A stretch of 64,000 bases of DNA from a virus (lineage: Duplodnaviria; Heunggongvirae; Uroviricota; Caudoviricetes). Shown piece after piece: positions 1-9,432 of this stretch (positions are counted from its first letter, which is position 1; the number at the start of each line of letters is the position of its first letter). The stretch is taken from positions 1-64,000 of the IMG/VR virus record IMGVR_UViG_3300028591_000006, one strand, 5' to 3'. A program made the position numbers and the translations under genes. The notes beneath the pieces were generated by a model, which was not told the origin of the DNA, made no database searches, and saw nothing but the letters and a program-made list of their open reading frames with translations.

Positions 1-177
1 ATAAGCATATTTATATACATAATCAGGAAGTGAGAAGTATTATTACGAACATCTTTTGTAACTTCATTCCACAACTTATATTGTTTTTCTATAGCGAGTT
101 TAGAACAAGCATTATCAGGGTCAGATAATTTGACAAGTTCTTCTAATTTTTCAAACAATTCATCATCACTCATAGTT

Positions 178-537
178 CTAAAATCCCTTAGTTACTGATA
201 CAGTATCGAGAGTTCCGACAAACAAAATATGAATATCGTCAAAGATAATATTCAGGCTGTGGTCATAAAACTCTTTTCCTGTATGTTCGTGATAATATTC
301 CCATGAAACAAACTTGATGAAGTTACCCTTTGGGAATTCAAACCTATTACCTTTTCCGGGAAGAAAATGATAATCACCCTTTATCATATTTGCAAAGATA
401 AACGAAAGGTCTAGTGCATGGTCCATTCCGTATGGTGTAATGTAGATTACGTTCTTACCTTTCTTTACGAGTTTTAATGCCCGTTTAAGGCAGCGAGTTG
501 TCTTTCCTTTACGTCTATTCAGTTCAATCTTTTTCAT
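178..537 (-). CDS. hypothetical protein (119 aa) with a P-loop-like GKTT motif
   Basis: ORF in the dominant minus-strand array; RRKGKTTRCLK motif near the N-terminus. Confidence 0.4.
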   Translation of the reverse strand: MKKIELNRRKGKTTRCLKRALKLVKKGKNVIYITPYGMDHALDLSFIFANMIKGDYHFLPGKGNRFEFPKGNFIKFVSWEYYHEHTGKEFYDHSLNIIFDDIHILFVGTLDTVSVTKGF

Positions 538-982
538 TATCTTTAATTACCTCTTTAAGTGTACCATGGTCTAATGAAGTTGATAACGTTTGCAAACAAT
601 CTTTCCAATCTTTCGAACAGACATATTCATGGTCTCTGAATTTACTACTGATATTATTAAGTTTGTCTATAATATAATCTACAGTATCTTTTGCCTTACT
701 GAACAAATCATCTTCTCTAAGATAATTACTGAGCCATTCTTCAGCTTCTTTCCGACTGTTGAAACCTGTCTTTAATGGTGGCCTACTTCTTGAATACATG
801 TCTTCCTGTGGTTCTACCTGATAGCGAGGACCAAACTGGTTATAATCAAACGCATTATCGAGAACAGAATACTTCGGCATAACCCACCATTTGGTTTCCT
901 TATTCTCTTCTTCCATAGTGTGAATGAACTCATTAAGTTTACTGATTTGTTCATCTGTCAAATTACTTGTATCGATTTCCAT
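524..982 (-). CDS. hypothetical protein (152 aa)
   Basis: Minus-strand ORF with an SD (gagaaggagat) upstream of the ATG at 982. Confidence 0.45.
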   Translation of the reverse strand: MEIDTSNLTDEQISKLNEFIHTMEEENKETKWWVMPKYSVLDNAFDYNQFGPRYQVEPQEDMYSRSRPPLKTGFNSRKEAEEWLSNYLREDDLFSKAKDTVDYIIDKLNNISSKFRDHEYVCSKDWKDCLQTLSTSLDHGTLKEVIKDNEKD

Positions 983-986
983 AGTT

Positions 987-1412
987 TTATCTCCTTCTCA
1001 ACTTTTCATATACTTCGTTACTGATGTTAGTTATTGTGCTTTTAAGATAATCATCAGGATAACCACTAAGATGTTGAACATTGTCGTATACACTATCCAT
1101 AATCTTAAGAATGTTATCTGACGTAATAGCAGGAGCACCGCACCCACGATTAATAATAGACAGAACATAAATTATAATGATATCTTTGAGAAGTGTATCA
1201 ACAGCATTGAAATTCTTCTCAAGTTCCTCATACTTAGTCTTCAGTTCGTTGTATTCTCTAGTAGTCTTATTACCTGTATTCTTGGCAAGGTTATTGATAG
1301 CATCTATGATTGGTTTATTATTTTCCCTAAGTGCATTATTAATATGATGCCCAAGATTGTCTATAAGGGTATCCTGATAGCTCATTTCATTCCTCCCGTT
1401 CAAATAATACAA
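987..1412 (-). CDS. hypothetical protein (141 aa)
   Basis: Minus-strand ORF with an SD (gggagga) upstream. Confidence 0.45.
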   Translation of the reverse strand: MYYLNGRNEMSYQDTLIDNLGHHINNALRENNKPIIDAINNLAKNTGNKTTREYNELKTKYEELEKNFNAVDTLLKDIIIIYVLSIINRGCGAPAITSDNILKIMDSVYDNVQHLSGYPDDYLKSTITNISNEVYEKLRRR

Positions 1413-1647
1413 TCACATAATCTGTTGGCATAGTATCTCCATTTCTTACAGTGACAGGAGTAATTGATACTATTCTCCAGCCCTGATTAAGCATAGAATT
1501 GATAGCCGGTGTTACATCATAGGTACTGCCATAAGCAGTATAATCTTTAAGAACCTGGTAAGACCTAACACATTGAACAGTCTTGGCAAATACCGGACTA
1601 ATAAACATTAACAGCATTAATACAATCATTAACTTCTTCATACACAC
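1387..1647 (-). CDS. small secreted protein with an N-terminal signal peptide
   Basis: N-terminus MCMKKLMIVLMLLMFISPVFA-KT has the form of a cleavable signal peptide. Confidence 0.45.
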   Translation of the reverse strand: MCMKKLMIVLMLLMFISPVFAKTVQCVRSYQVLKDYTAYGSTYDVTPAINSMLNQGWRIVSITPVTVRNGDTMPTDYVIVLFEREE

Positions 1648-1862
1648 TCCTTACTCTTACAAATCTTTTTGAATGGAATACAATCCTTTGGTAAACATTC
1701 ATAACCACAATAAATACATCTTATATTTTTACTCTTGGGAATTTTAGCCATTGGCCAATGATAATAACATTTAGGGCATCGAAGATTTGAATCAATTGTA
1801 CTAGTCTTTCTCATATACTTCTTTCTCCATGAGTATGGCAAGTTTATGTAATCGTTTCTCAA
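1638..1862 (-). CDS. Cys-rich zinc-ribbon protein (74 aa)
   Basis: CPKC...CIYCGYEC...C motifs. Confidence 0.4.
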   Translation of the reverse strand: MRNDYINLPYSWRKKYMRKTSTIDSNLRCPKCYYHWPMAKIPKSKNIRCIYCGYECLPKDCIPFKKICKSKECV

Positions 1863-2307
1863 TCTGTTTATACAGTCTGTGTATTTTAGGATTTTTGAAA
1901 CAATTCATATAATCACTTTCAGCTCCAAGTGTCATAAAATTAACTTTATCAAACAGTGCTTTCTTGCGTTTGTGCTCTTTATCCTTACCGTCTTCAATAA
2001 CTTTATCAAGATTATCTACAAAGCCATAATTCTTAGTCACACCTTCTCTATAGGTTCTGTCTTTCTGTTGCTCAAAAAACCATTCAGTACCACTCTTACC
2101 ATACTGACTGTAAACGATGTTTCTTTCCGTATTAGCGAGATAATTTTCAATATCAAAATCACTACACGTAAAACGGTCTGTGGAATGTCTGAAGATAATC
2201 TCAATACGGTCATCTTCATACCGATGGTAAAGAATATCAGTACCTGGAAGAATAATCATTTCATGATTATCAAGGTCTGTAATGTCAATTGTACTAATTA
2301 CTATCAT
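1801..2307 (-). CDS. hypothetical protein (168 aa)
   Basis: Minus-strand ORF. Confidence 0.4.
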   Translation of the reverse strand: MIVISTIDITDLDNHEMIILPGTDILYHRYEDDRIEIIFRHSTDRFTCSDFDIENYLANTERNIVYSQYGKSGTEWFFEQQKDRTYREGVTKNYGFVDNLDKVIEDGKDKEHKRKKALFDKVNFMTLGAESDYMNCFKNPKIHRLYKQIEKRLHKLAILMEKEVYEKD

Positions 2308-2310
2308 AAT

Positions 2311-2931
2311 TTACTCCTTATTCTTACTTTCACAAAGCATTTCAAGATATCTGTTCCGTACATCAGTAATCTTATTTGCAATTTCAACATCACCGTTATA
2401 GCGTTCCTGATTGCCATATTCCATTAAAGCATTTTGAATAATATCTTCATCACTTGCGGCAAGAACAGTGAGACGTTCGTATTCTTTCTGCTTTACCGCA
2501 ATCTGATGACTAAGCCAATTTGCTACAGATTTATCAAACAATGGTTTACCTGGTGTATTGTAGTTTTTCTTTTCCATTTTCTTCAGATAGTTCAGGATTG
2601 CACATGTATTAACACGCTTAATGTAGTTAGCTTCGTCCTGTTCTTCCGGACTATATTCACCCTTTTCGTGAAGTTCCTTAATACGTTCTGAAGAGATTCT
2701 AAGGTCGTTATACTCAACTTCCCTTAAATTCTTTTCTACATCACCAACATTAGGTCCGGATAAAACAAAATCTTTATCCTTACTATGAACTGTAAGATTG
2801 ATATGACTAACAAGGTCTTTTTTACCCTTACGGATATTATACGAAACGAGTACACCTTCACCAATATGGATTGGTACTGTACTACCGAATGCAGCAAAGT
2901 CAAACGGTTCTTTTACGATATATCTTCCCAT
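2311..2931 (-). CDS. hypothetical protein (206 aa)
   Basis: ORF preceded by the TTCTATAATTAAG promoter motif and an SD (aggag). Confidence 0.5.
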   Translation of the reverse strand: MGRYIVKEPFDFAAFGSTVPIHIGEGVLVSYNIRKGKKDLVSHINLTVHSKDKDFVLSGPNVGDVEKNLREVEYNDLRISSERIKELHEKGEYSPEEQDEANYIKRVNTCAILNYLKKMEKKNYNTPGKPLFDKSVANWLSHQIAVKQKEYERLTVLAASDEDIIQNALMEYGNQERYNGDVEIANKITDVRNRYLEMLCESKNKE

Positions 2932-2947
2932 AATTATTGCTCCTAAC

Positions 2948-2959
2948 TTAATTATAGAA
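2948..2959 (-). promoter_or_regulatory. phage promoter motif (TTCTATAATTAA, -10 only) upstream of 2311..2931
   Basis: Member of the repeated motif family described below. Confidence 0.5.
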
Positions 2960-2974
2960 TTATTTTATTTTCTG

Positions 2975-4306
2975 TTATATCCAAAGTGCTCCACGAAGAT
3001 TCTCTCTGCTGCGGAACTCAAGTTTAGCACCGTCCTGTTTGAATCCGTCCTGTTCAAATACAATGAAGTATTTCGTATTATAGATTGCTACCAGGATTGC
3101 AACATGACCATATTTATTTGTCTTGGAAGAATCCCAAATAAGGATATCTCCCTTGTCGTAATCTGCGGTAGGACTATCAACAGTCTTTTTGAGATTGGTA
3201 CACTTATCAAAAATATCCTTAGCTCCACCTTCTGCTCCTAATGCAGGGAATTGGTCTACACCAAGTACATCATGCACATACTGTCTCGCCAGGTCTACAC
3301 AATTATGAACCTTATAGTTATTACAAATATAAGTATGTGTATTGTCAGTTTCGAAATTATAAACCTCAGCTTTGAAAGTCTCGCTTATTTTCACCCTTTT
3401 GTTCATACGTTTTGTAGATTTACAAAGAGACAATCTATAAATTGGTTTTACAGATTTCACTTGTTTACCTCGAATAAAAATAGGTTCCGAACTTCTTTTC
3501 GAGATACGAATAGATTTATTTACATAACCCAACTTGATAGCAATTGCCTGTAAGCTATAAATTAAAGAAGGACTCGTGTTCATTAGTACAATCGTATTTC
3601 CTTTTTTATATCCATCAGCCTCAATAAACCCGTTAAGAATCAACTCAGATTCTCGATTACTAAAAATTAGAGGTAATTTTTTATATTCTCCTCGACATTG
3701 TTCGAGAATGATTTTAGTAAGCAAGGGATGCTCACGTTTAGAAATTGCTCCAACAAAAGCATGTTCAGATTCATGATGTGGTCTTTCAGAAGAGAGCATG
3801 TTGAGAGAATGTACAAAATCAACTTTCTTTTCTCCAAAAGTTAATCTTATTTCATCTGTTTTATTATCTTTATGTCTACCAATATTTCCATCTCCTAACC
3901 AGAATCCTAAAAATAAAAGTTCATTATCAGTAAGACCTGTCTCATCAAAACACTCCTTATCATAAAGAGATGCTAGTTTTGTTTTCAATTCTACTGCCGG
4001 AGAAAATGTTCCATCTTTGAAATAGAATGGGTGGTCAGGAGTTACGCAAAAATCACAAAGAGGTGTTCTAATGTTTACAACCTCTTTAATACTCTTGAAT
4101 GTTTTAGTAACTGTATTAACTTCATTATCATATCCGATTACTTTATCTCCAACAACAATATCCTGAATTGGTTTATAAGTCCAGTCAGCCATAAGAATCA
4201 TATGGTTTTTAGTGAAACACTGAAAACTCTTGTCACCTTTGAATACATCATCTTTATAATCAACCTTTTTACCTTTGTAAGTTTTAATAAACTCAGTTAG
4301 ATTCAT
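2975..4306 (-). CDS. CHAP-domain peptidoglycan hydrolase (endolysin-like) interrupted by a HINT+LAGLIDADG intein
   Basis: The extein is about 137 aa: MNLTEF...GDKSFQ | CVDLARQYVHDV...GHVAILVAIYN, which matches CHAP motifs Q-C-V-D and a downstream His. The intein spans residues 30-335: CFTKNHMILMAD...VGDKV (block A), CVTPDHPF (block B), LLFLGFWLGDGN and ELILNGFIEADGY (two LAGLIDADG motifs), and it ends ...YKVHN|C. Confidence 0.8.
   Translation of the reverse strand: MNLTEFIKTYKGKKVDYKDDVFKGDKSFQCFTKNHMILMADWTYKPIQDIVVGDKVIGYDNEVNTVTKTFKSIKEVVNIRTPLCDFCVTPDHPFYFKDGTFSPAVELKTKLASLYDKECFDETGLTDNELLFLGFWLGDGNIGRHKDNKTDEIRLTFGEKKVDFVHSLNMLSSERPHHESEHAFVGAISKREHPLLTKIILEQCRGEYKKLPLIFSNRESELILNGFIEADGYKKGNTIVLMNTSPSLIYSLQAIAIKLGYVNKSIRISKRSSEPIFIRGKQVKSVKPIYRLSLCKSTKRMNKRVKISETFKAEVYNFETDNTHTYICNNYKVHNCVDLARQYVHDVLGVDQFPALGAEGGAKDIFDKCTNLKKTVDSPTADYDKGDILIWDSSKTNKYGHVAILVAIYNTKYFIVFEQDGFKQDGAKLEFRSRENLRGALWI
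3302..4219 (-). mobile_element. intein (HINT splicing domain plus LAGLIDADG homing endonuclease) at the catalytic Cys of the CHAP domain
   Basis: Begins with Cys (TGT at 4219-4217) and ends HN (3307-3302), followed by the +1 Cys (3301-3299), which is the CHAP active-site Cys. Confidence 0.75.
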
Positions 4307-4710
4307 TCTTGTACCTCATTTACAACCTTATTTAGGAACTCATTGTATTCTGATTCATTTATCTCAGATACAATAACCTGTCCATTAATAACATTCTCAG
4401 CTACAATAAGAAAACCACTTTTAAGAATAATGTACTGATTCCACTTATCACCATCATAATGTATAATCAACTTTGGTATTTCCAAACGATTATCCACATA
4501 CTTACAGTTCTCATACTTGAAATAACCGGTACATTTCACACCATCGCCATTATCTTCATCAAACCTGTAATACTTACCTTTCTTAAGGTTGATGATTTCC
4601 TTGGCGTGTTTGAATGCAAGTTCAGCCTGTTTCTTATTCAGCTTCTCGTCCTGTTCCTTTAATGATTTTCTTTTAAGATTAATCTTTTCAATTTCGTCCT
4701 TATACTCCAT
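4303..4710 (-). CDS. hypothetical protein (135 aa)
   Basis: Minus-strand ORF. Confidence 0.4.
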   Translation of the reverse strand: MEYKDEIEKINLKRKSLKEQDEKLNKKQAELAFKHAKEIINLKKGKYYRFDEDNGDGVKCTGYFKYENCKYVDNRLEIPKLIIHYDGDKWNQYIILKSGFLIVAENVINGQVIVSEINESEYNEFLNKVVNEVQE

Positions 4711-5011
4711 ATATTCTCCCTTTAATTACAATTTCTATATCTCTCTTGGCACAACAACCAAGTATTTTATATTCCCCATAAGAATAAACGTTATACAGTC
4801 CATGAAGGAACCAATTAGAATAGATTGGAAAAAGCGAATAACGCTTTGTTCGATTATCATACAGTACAACGCAGGTCATGTCTTTGTATTTAACAATGTC
4901 ACCTACCTGTATCTGCTGCCCATGCTTATCGAAATACATTGTCCATGTACTAATAGGATAATATATGTTTGTATAAATTGTGTTGTACAATCGTTTTAAT
5001 TTTTTAATCAT
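4700..5011 (-). CDS. hypothetical protein (103 aa)
   Basis: Minus-strand ORF. Confidence 0.4.
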   Translation of the reverse strand: MIKKLKRLYNTIYTNIYYPISTWTMYFDKHGQQIQVGDIVKYKDMTCVVLYDNRTKRYSLFPIYSNWFLHGLYNVYSYGEYKILGCCAKRDIEIVIKGRIYGV

Positions 5012-5130
5012 TCAAATAGTCTCCTAAGCAAATCTTTTATTACATTTATTAATATTAGAACGGAGAAGGTTAGTGCTGGTGCACAGAATACAACATAGAT
5101 GATTATGTAGATTATGTCCTTGACTGTCAT

Positions 5131-5538
5131 TTATTCAGTCTCCTTTGGAAGTACAATTTCTTTCCAAGCATAAACAGAATCTATATTCTGCATTACACAA
5201 GATTTTTCATTAAAGATTTCAAACTGATTACTTCTGTAATAACCTATCAATGCTTGAACTCCATTTATAGTTTTTCTTGCGAGTAAAAGCATTGCACTTT
5301 CAGACGGAAGTTCATCTTTCACATAATGCCATTCATTATCCACAATCTGATTTACCTTTTCATTTGATTTCACACCAAACTCAAAGCCCTTGTTATAGCC
5401 GAACTCAGCACCTTTCTGCCATTTTTCTTTAGAACATTCCTTACAGGTACAATGTTCCCTACTTTTACATTTTTCATATCTTGAGCAATCTTTACAAACA
5501 CTGTCTATCACCCATTCTTCTGCTTCTTTCTCAAACAT
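5131..5538 (-). CDS. MFEKE-family protein, paralog 1 (135 aa)
   Basis: Shares MFEKEAEEW, KGAEFGYN, EWHYVKDELP and VYAWKEIVLP blocks with 37414..37821 and 38173..38508. Start uses the GGAGTAACTATG junction module. Confidence 0.6.
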   Translation of the reverse strand: MFEKEAEEWVIDSVCKDCSRYEKCKSREHCTCKECSKEKWQKGAEFGYNKGFEFGVKSNEKVNQIVDNEWHYVKDELPSESAMLLLARKTINGVQALIGYYRSNQFEIFNEKSCVMQNIDSVYAWKEIVLPKETE

Positions 5539-5540
5539 AG

Positions 5541-5708
5541 TTACTCCTTTTTAATACACCAATGCCTTCTTTCTAACTTTTTAAGTTCACCGTCATCACA
5601 CTCAATATAAACTGCATAATGCCTTTCGATTTTTATTACTTTTCCAACAAGTTCACTTTTGTCCCAATGATTTATGCATCGAACTCTATCACCAACTTCA
5701 TAATCCAT
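5541..5708 (-). CDS. small protein (55 aa, MDYEVGDRVRCINHWDK...HWCIKKE), not in the ORF track
   Basis: Hand-translated from ATG 5708-5706. Preceded by GGAGTAACT, and its TAA stop lies inside the GGAGTAACTATG module of the downstream gene. Confidence 0.4.
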   Translation of the reverse strand: MDYEVGDRVRCINHWDKSELVGKVIKIERHYAVYIECDDGELKKLERRHWCIKKE

Positions 5709-5710
5709 AG

Positions 5711-5992
5711 TTACTCCCATTTGATTGTTAATTTGTCATAATAAAAAATACCAGAGAATGTAAATTCTCCCCTTTCCAATTCACACTTAAAACCTTTTGC
5801 TTCTAATTTCTTTGAAACTAACCACAAGGCAAAGTAATCGTATAATTTACAACTTCTTTCTATCACACAATAATTGCTTGTTGCATTTTTAATTTTATGT
5901 TTTGCAACATCCATTAAAAACCAAAACTTTTCTCTAGTTTCTCGTTTCCAATTTTTTCTTGTACGTTTTCGCAGTTTTTCAATTTCTGTCAT
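5711..5992 (-). CDS. hypothetical protein (93 aa)
   Basis: Start uses the GGAGTAACTATG module, coupled to the upstream stop at 5995. Confidence 0.45.
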   Translation of the reverse strand: MTEIEKLRKRTRKNWKRETREKFWFLMDVAKHKIKNATSNYCVIERSCKLYDYFALWLVSKKLEAKGFKCELERGEFTFSGIFYYDKLTIKWE

Positions 5993-5994
5993 AG

Positions 5995-6186
5995 TTACTC
6001 CTTCTTTACAAAATCGACTAAATACCTACAGCCAAATTGTGAACACCCTTTACTTCGATTACACTCTGCACACTTGTGAGTATGTTCATAACAACAATCT
6101 TCACAATTCTGCCAAATATCAACATTACAGTTAACGCAGTCTCTTTTTAGTTTTCTTCCGTCTTTTGTATTATTGCAATAAACCAT
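5995..6186 (-). CDS. Cys-rich small protein (63 aa)
   Basis: Ten Cys residues (CVNCNV...CEDCCYEHTHKCAECN...CSQFGC). Confidence 0.4.
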   Translation of the reverse strand: MVYCNNTKDGRKLKRDCVNCNVDIWQNCEDCCYEHTHKCAECNRSKGCSQFGCRYLVDFVKKE

Positions 6187-6274
6187 AGTTATTCTAATTA
6201 CTCCTTTATTTTAGTTTCCGCCTTAAAAGTAAAATAACAGGTTTTCTAATTTCATTTTTCCACCTTTTCGGTTT

Positions 6275-6535
6275 TTATTCATTCTCCAACTCACTTAACG
6301 TTTCTACCATTGTTCTCAATGCTTTAACTAGATTATTAGGATATTTTTTCTTATAAGTGCAATAACTTATAAATGAAACACCTTTAAGATGCAGTCTCCA
6401 CTCAACAAAATCCTTAGCGTCTTTTCTTGAAATATGATTCACACTTGAAGTCATATCAATTAAACGCTCTTTCAGTTTCATTTTCTTTTCAAATCGTGTT
6501 TGTATTTTGTGATGCTTTCTCCTGTTCATTTGCAC
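6275..6535 (-). CDS. hypothetical protein (86 aa)
   Basis: Minus-strand ORF. Confidence 0.35.
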   Translation of the reverse strand: MQMNRRKHHKIQTRFEKKMKLKERLIDMTSSVNHISRKDAKDFVEWRLHLKGVSFISYCTYKKKYPNNLVKALRTMVETLSELENE

Positions 6536-7194
6536 TCCTGTAAGAATTGCTCTGCTTGTTGTTTAATTTCTTCGTAAGCAAGATTAAAAAACGAAGAAGG
6601 TTCTCCGTCTTCATCTTTCCCATAAATTGTTCTTGGAGTTGTTAACAATCTTTCAATAAGTTTCTTTGCTTTGGTGAGTTGTTCGTCTTTATCAAACACC
6701 ATATTTCTGTATTTATCCCTTTCTTCTTCAAGTGCCTTATTCAGTGAATTAAGACCCTTGTTCAAAATTGAACCTACCGCAAGACCTTCTTTGAGTTTCT
6801 TGTTTTCAAAGTGTCTGTTCATATTGCTAGACTGTTGGAACTCTGTAATCTTTCTAAGTTCTGCGTTTTCCTTTTCAAGTTCCTTGTTAATCATAATGTT
6901 ATGGTCTTTAAGGTTGGCAGTCTTGCACCATAAATCCGCCTTGTCTTTCCATTCTTTTACTTCTGCTTCAAGTTCTGCAATCCGCTTTTCTCTTGGCTCT
7001 GCTCCTGCAAGATAGTATTGCTTGATGTTTGCTAAATCGTAGCAGTCTTCTTTACCTGGACAACGTTCTGGATTACCACAATGTGCACATTGCTCACGTT
7101 CAGCATATTCAAAGGCTTCTTTTTCAAGTTCTTCTTTATTCATTCTTCTTCTACCTCCCTTGAAGTTATAAAAACCTGTTCTCCTCTTAGCCAA
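6526..7194 (-). CDS. hypothetical coiled-coil protein with an N-terminal Cys cluster (222 aa)
   Basis: CAHCGNPERCPGKEDC followed by a long charged helical region. Confidence 0.45.
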   Translation of the reverse strand: MAKRRTGFYNFKGGRRRMNKEELEKEAFEYAEREQCAHCGNPERCPGKEDCYDLANIKQYYLAGAEPREKRIAELEAEVKEWKDKADLWCKTANLKDHNIMINKELEKENAELRKITEFQQSSNMNRHFENKKLKEGLAVGSILNKGLNSLNKALEEERDKYRNMVFDKDEQLTKAKKLIERLLTTPRTIYGKDEDGEPSSFFNLAYEEIKQQAEQFLQECK

Positions 7195-7508
7195 TTTTTA
7201 TATCGGTCTTTCTTCTTCTGTTCGACATTTACCTTACAGTAACAATCTGCACATATATCGAAATAAGTCATTGTATTATATGAAACAAACCTTCTAATGG
7301 TTGTATTCGTACAGTTTTCACCACACCATTTACATTTTGGAATAAAGAATATTTTCCCTTTCTTTTTCTTATATCCATTAAGATAATAACCGATAAGATT
7401 ATCAAACATTCTATTTCTCCTTAATATAATCATTGAAGTGTTTCTGTATCTCTGATTCTTCGTAACTGAAAGCAAACAAGTCATAACCCATAAATTCACG
7501 CTTATCAA
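7140..7508 (-). CDS. zinc-ribbon protein (122 aa)
   Basis: CKWCGENC...CADCYC motifs. Confidence 0.4.
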   Translation of the reverse strand: MISVNLWVMTCLLSVTKNQRYRNTSMIILRRNRMFDNLIGYYLNGYKKKKGKIFFIPKCKWCGENCTNTTIRRFVSYNTMTYFDICADCYCKVNVEQKKKDRYKNWLRGEQVFITSREVEEE

Positions 7509-8405
7509 TCATCTCAATATTTCCTCTTTCTTACCAATAATAGAACCATCCAAGAAAGTGAAATTATCGAAAAGCTCTTTTAATTTAAGATTCTCGTAAC
7601 CGGTACCTACATCACAATCATAATAATCACGCTCAAAGAAAAAGTCGATAATGAGATGTACACTATTACATTCCTTATTCTTTATCCAGATAAGCGGCAT
7701 GAGTAATTCATGATTAAACTCAAGACCACTCTTCTTTTTCCAAGCATCAATTAATTCCTGTACTGAATTGAACGGAACATATTCAACCTCATCTTTAATT
7801 CGCCATTCCTTCCATTTGTCAAAAGCACTTGCACGAGGAATTTCAATGAGATGCCAATCTATCCATTCATCACCTTCTTTATACTGAATTGTCTTACCCT
7901 GTTTCCAGGCAAGCATTATCTTTTCAAATGATTTGTAGTTGTCATACCACTTAATACATTCATCTTCGGTACCTTTGAATACAACATACCTATCATTCTT
8001 TGAGTTAGTGCGGGAAAGTCCATAGTCATCAAGAACAATATACCAGGTTGTTTCAGGTTTGATACGATATTCGTCTGTAGTGAATAATGGTGCAAACCCT
8101 TCTAATACATCTTCCCAATCACCATTATGATTTTTGAACTGTAGCTGCTTACCTTCAAGATATGCTTTACGGAACTCATAGTATGGGTCGTAATATGCAA
8201 ACTGATAATCACAAGTTATTTCTCCATCGTCATAATAAGTGAATGGACAAACATCATCACCACTGCTAGATAACGTTACCATAGCTTCAGGATTATCTTT
8301 TACCTGACGTCTTAATGATGCAATATCCTGTGCAACAAATCCTTTCTTATCTTCAAGTATTTTATCCCATTCAAAATAAACGAATTTCTTATTATACAAT
8401 TCCAT
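7509..8405 (-). CDS. hypothetical protein (298 aa)
   Basis: Minus-strand ORF. Confidence 0.5.
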   Translation of the reverse strand: MELYNKKFVYFEWDKILEDKKGFVAQDIASLRRQVKDNPEAMVTLSSSGDDVCPFTYYDDGEITCDYQFAYYDPYYEFRKAYLEGKQLQFKNHNGDWEDVLEGFAPLFTTDEYRIKPETTWYIVLDDYGLSRTNSKNDRYVVFKGTEDECIKWYDNYKSFEKIMLAWKQGKTIQYKEGDEWIDWHLIEIPRASAFDKWKEWRIKDEVEYVPFNSVQELIDAWKKKSGLEFNHELLMPLIWIKNKECNSVHLIIDFFFERDYYDCDVGTGYENLKLKELFDNFTFLDGSIIGKKEEILR

Positions 8406-8586
8406 AACTATTCCTCCACAATCATCTTCTTTAATTCTTCATAGCATTTATCACATAATCCAAAGTTCTTATTCATTTTTGTGTTTTCATAGTCATAACG
8501 GTGAATTGTGATAAATCTTCCTTTACCTGTTTTCCCACATACATAACATGGCTGTATTGTTATATTTTTAATTATTTTCATAATTT

Positions 8587-8799
8587 TTACTCATTCGCAT
8601 AAAGTGTCTTGTTGATGAACTCAATAAGCTGCTCTTTAGACATAATCTGTAAAGCAACATCCAATTTTGATTTTACGTCATCTGCTTTTACACTTTCAGA
8701 ATGAAGTTTTTCTTCAAGCTCCCAAATCTCAGGTTTCATAGCAAGAGCTTCTTCCTGTGTATAAACATGTGGTTTTTTCTTAATTACATCTGGATTCAT
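8587..8799 (-). CDS. hypothetical protein (70 aa)
   Basis: Minus-strand ORF. Confidence 0.35.
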   Translation of the reverse strand: MNPDVIKKKPHVYTQEEALAMKPEIWELEEKLHSESVKADDVKSKLDVALQIMSKEQLIEFINKTLYANE

Positions 8800-8846
8800 A
8801 ATTTTACTCCTTTCCTTAATACTAGAAAGTTGCGTCTCCCCAGATT

Positions 8847-9044
8847 TTATTCTTTCGTTTCTGCACCAATCTCTATTTTATCACCAATCTTCACATGAAA
8901 ATTCTTGAAGGTCTTACGGATAATTCTCATTACAAGTGCAAGAACAATACATAGCAGTATGGCAGCTCCAACAATAAATGCAACATCACTTCCCGTAATC
9001 TCATCATCATATTCAGATGGTACTTCTTCATAATATTCTTCCAT
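8847..9044 (-). CDS. small membrane protein (65 aa, one TM helix)
   Basis: Acidic N-terminus followed by the hydrophobic stretch VAFIVGAAILLCIVLALVM. Confidence 0.4.
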   Translation of the reverse strand: MEEYYEEVPSEYDDEITGSDVAFIVGAAILLCIVLALVMRIIRKTFKNFHVKIGDKIEIGAETKE

Positions 9045-9156
9045 ACGCTATTCTCCTATTCTTCGAGATTTCGAAACATTATCTTAAGGACTATAAGTAT
9101 TACCGGAATCGCAATAACGAATCCGGTAATAAAACCAATTATAAACATCTTCATGA

Positions 9157-9432
9157 TTAATATGCGAAAGTAAAACTCTTTTTCTGGTCTTTCACTGCAC
9201 CAGTAAACAATACAATACGGATACCTTCATAACTCCAGGAATCAGGAATAATGTTTGATGTATCCTTGAACTCCTTCATACGTTCTTTCCATTCTTTTTT
9301 CGGAACATGTGTACTCACTTCGAGTTCTACACGATTATCTCCACATTGTCTGATACGTGCCTCATCACAAAACAGCTGATACAATCTACTCTTCAGTTCT
9401 TCCATCTTTATCTCCCGGCAATTTAAGTGCAT
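9157..9432 (-). CDS. hypothetical protein (91 aa)
   Basis: Minus-strand ORF. Confidence 0.35.
   Translation of the reverse strand: MHLNCREIKMEELKSRLYQLFCDEARIRQCGDNRVELEVSTHVPKKEWKERMKEFKDTSNIIPDSWSYEGIRIVLFTGAVKDQKKSFTFAY

Noticed and set aside
590-1121. Plus-strand ORFs 590..775, 924..1121 and the many other plus-strand track ORFs embedded in minus-strand genes (e.g. 1879..2427, 3251..3553, 40800..41537, 53050..53490)
   Set aside because: They are antisense to long, well-supported minus-strand genes, lack SD elements or promoters, and have low-complexity AT-rich translations.
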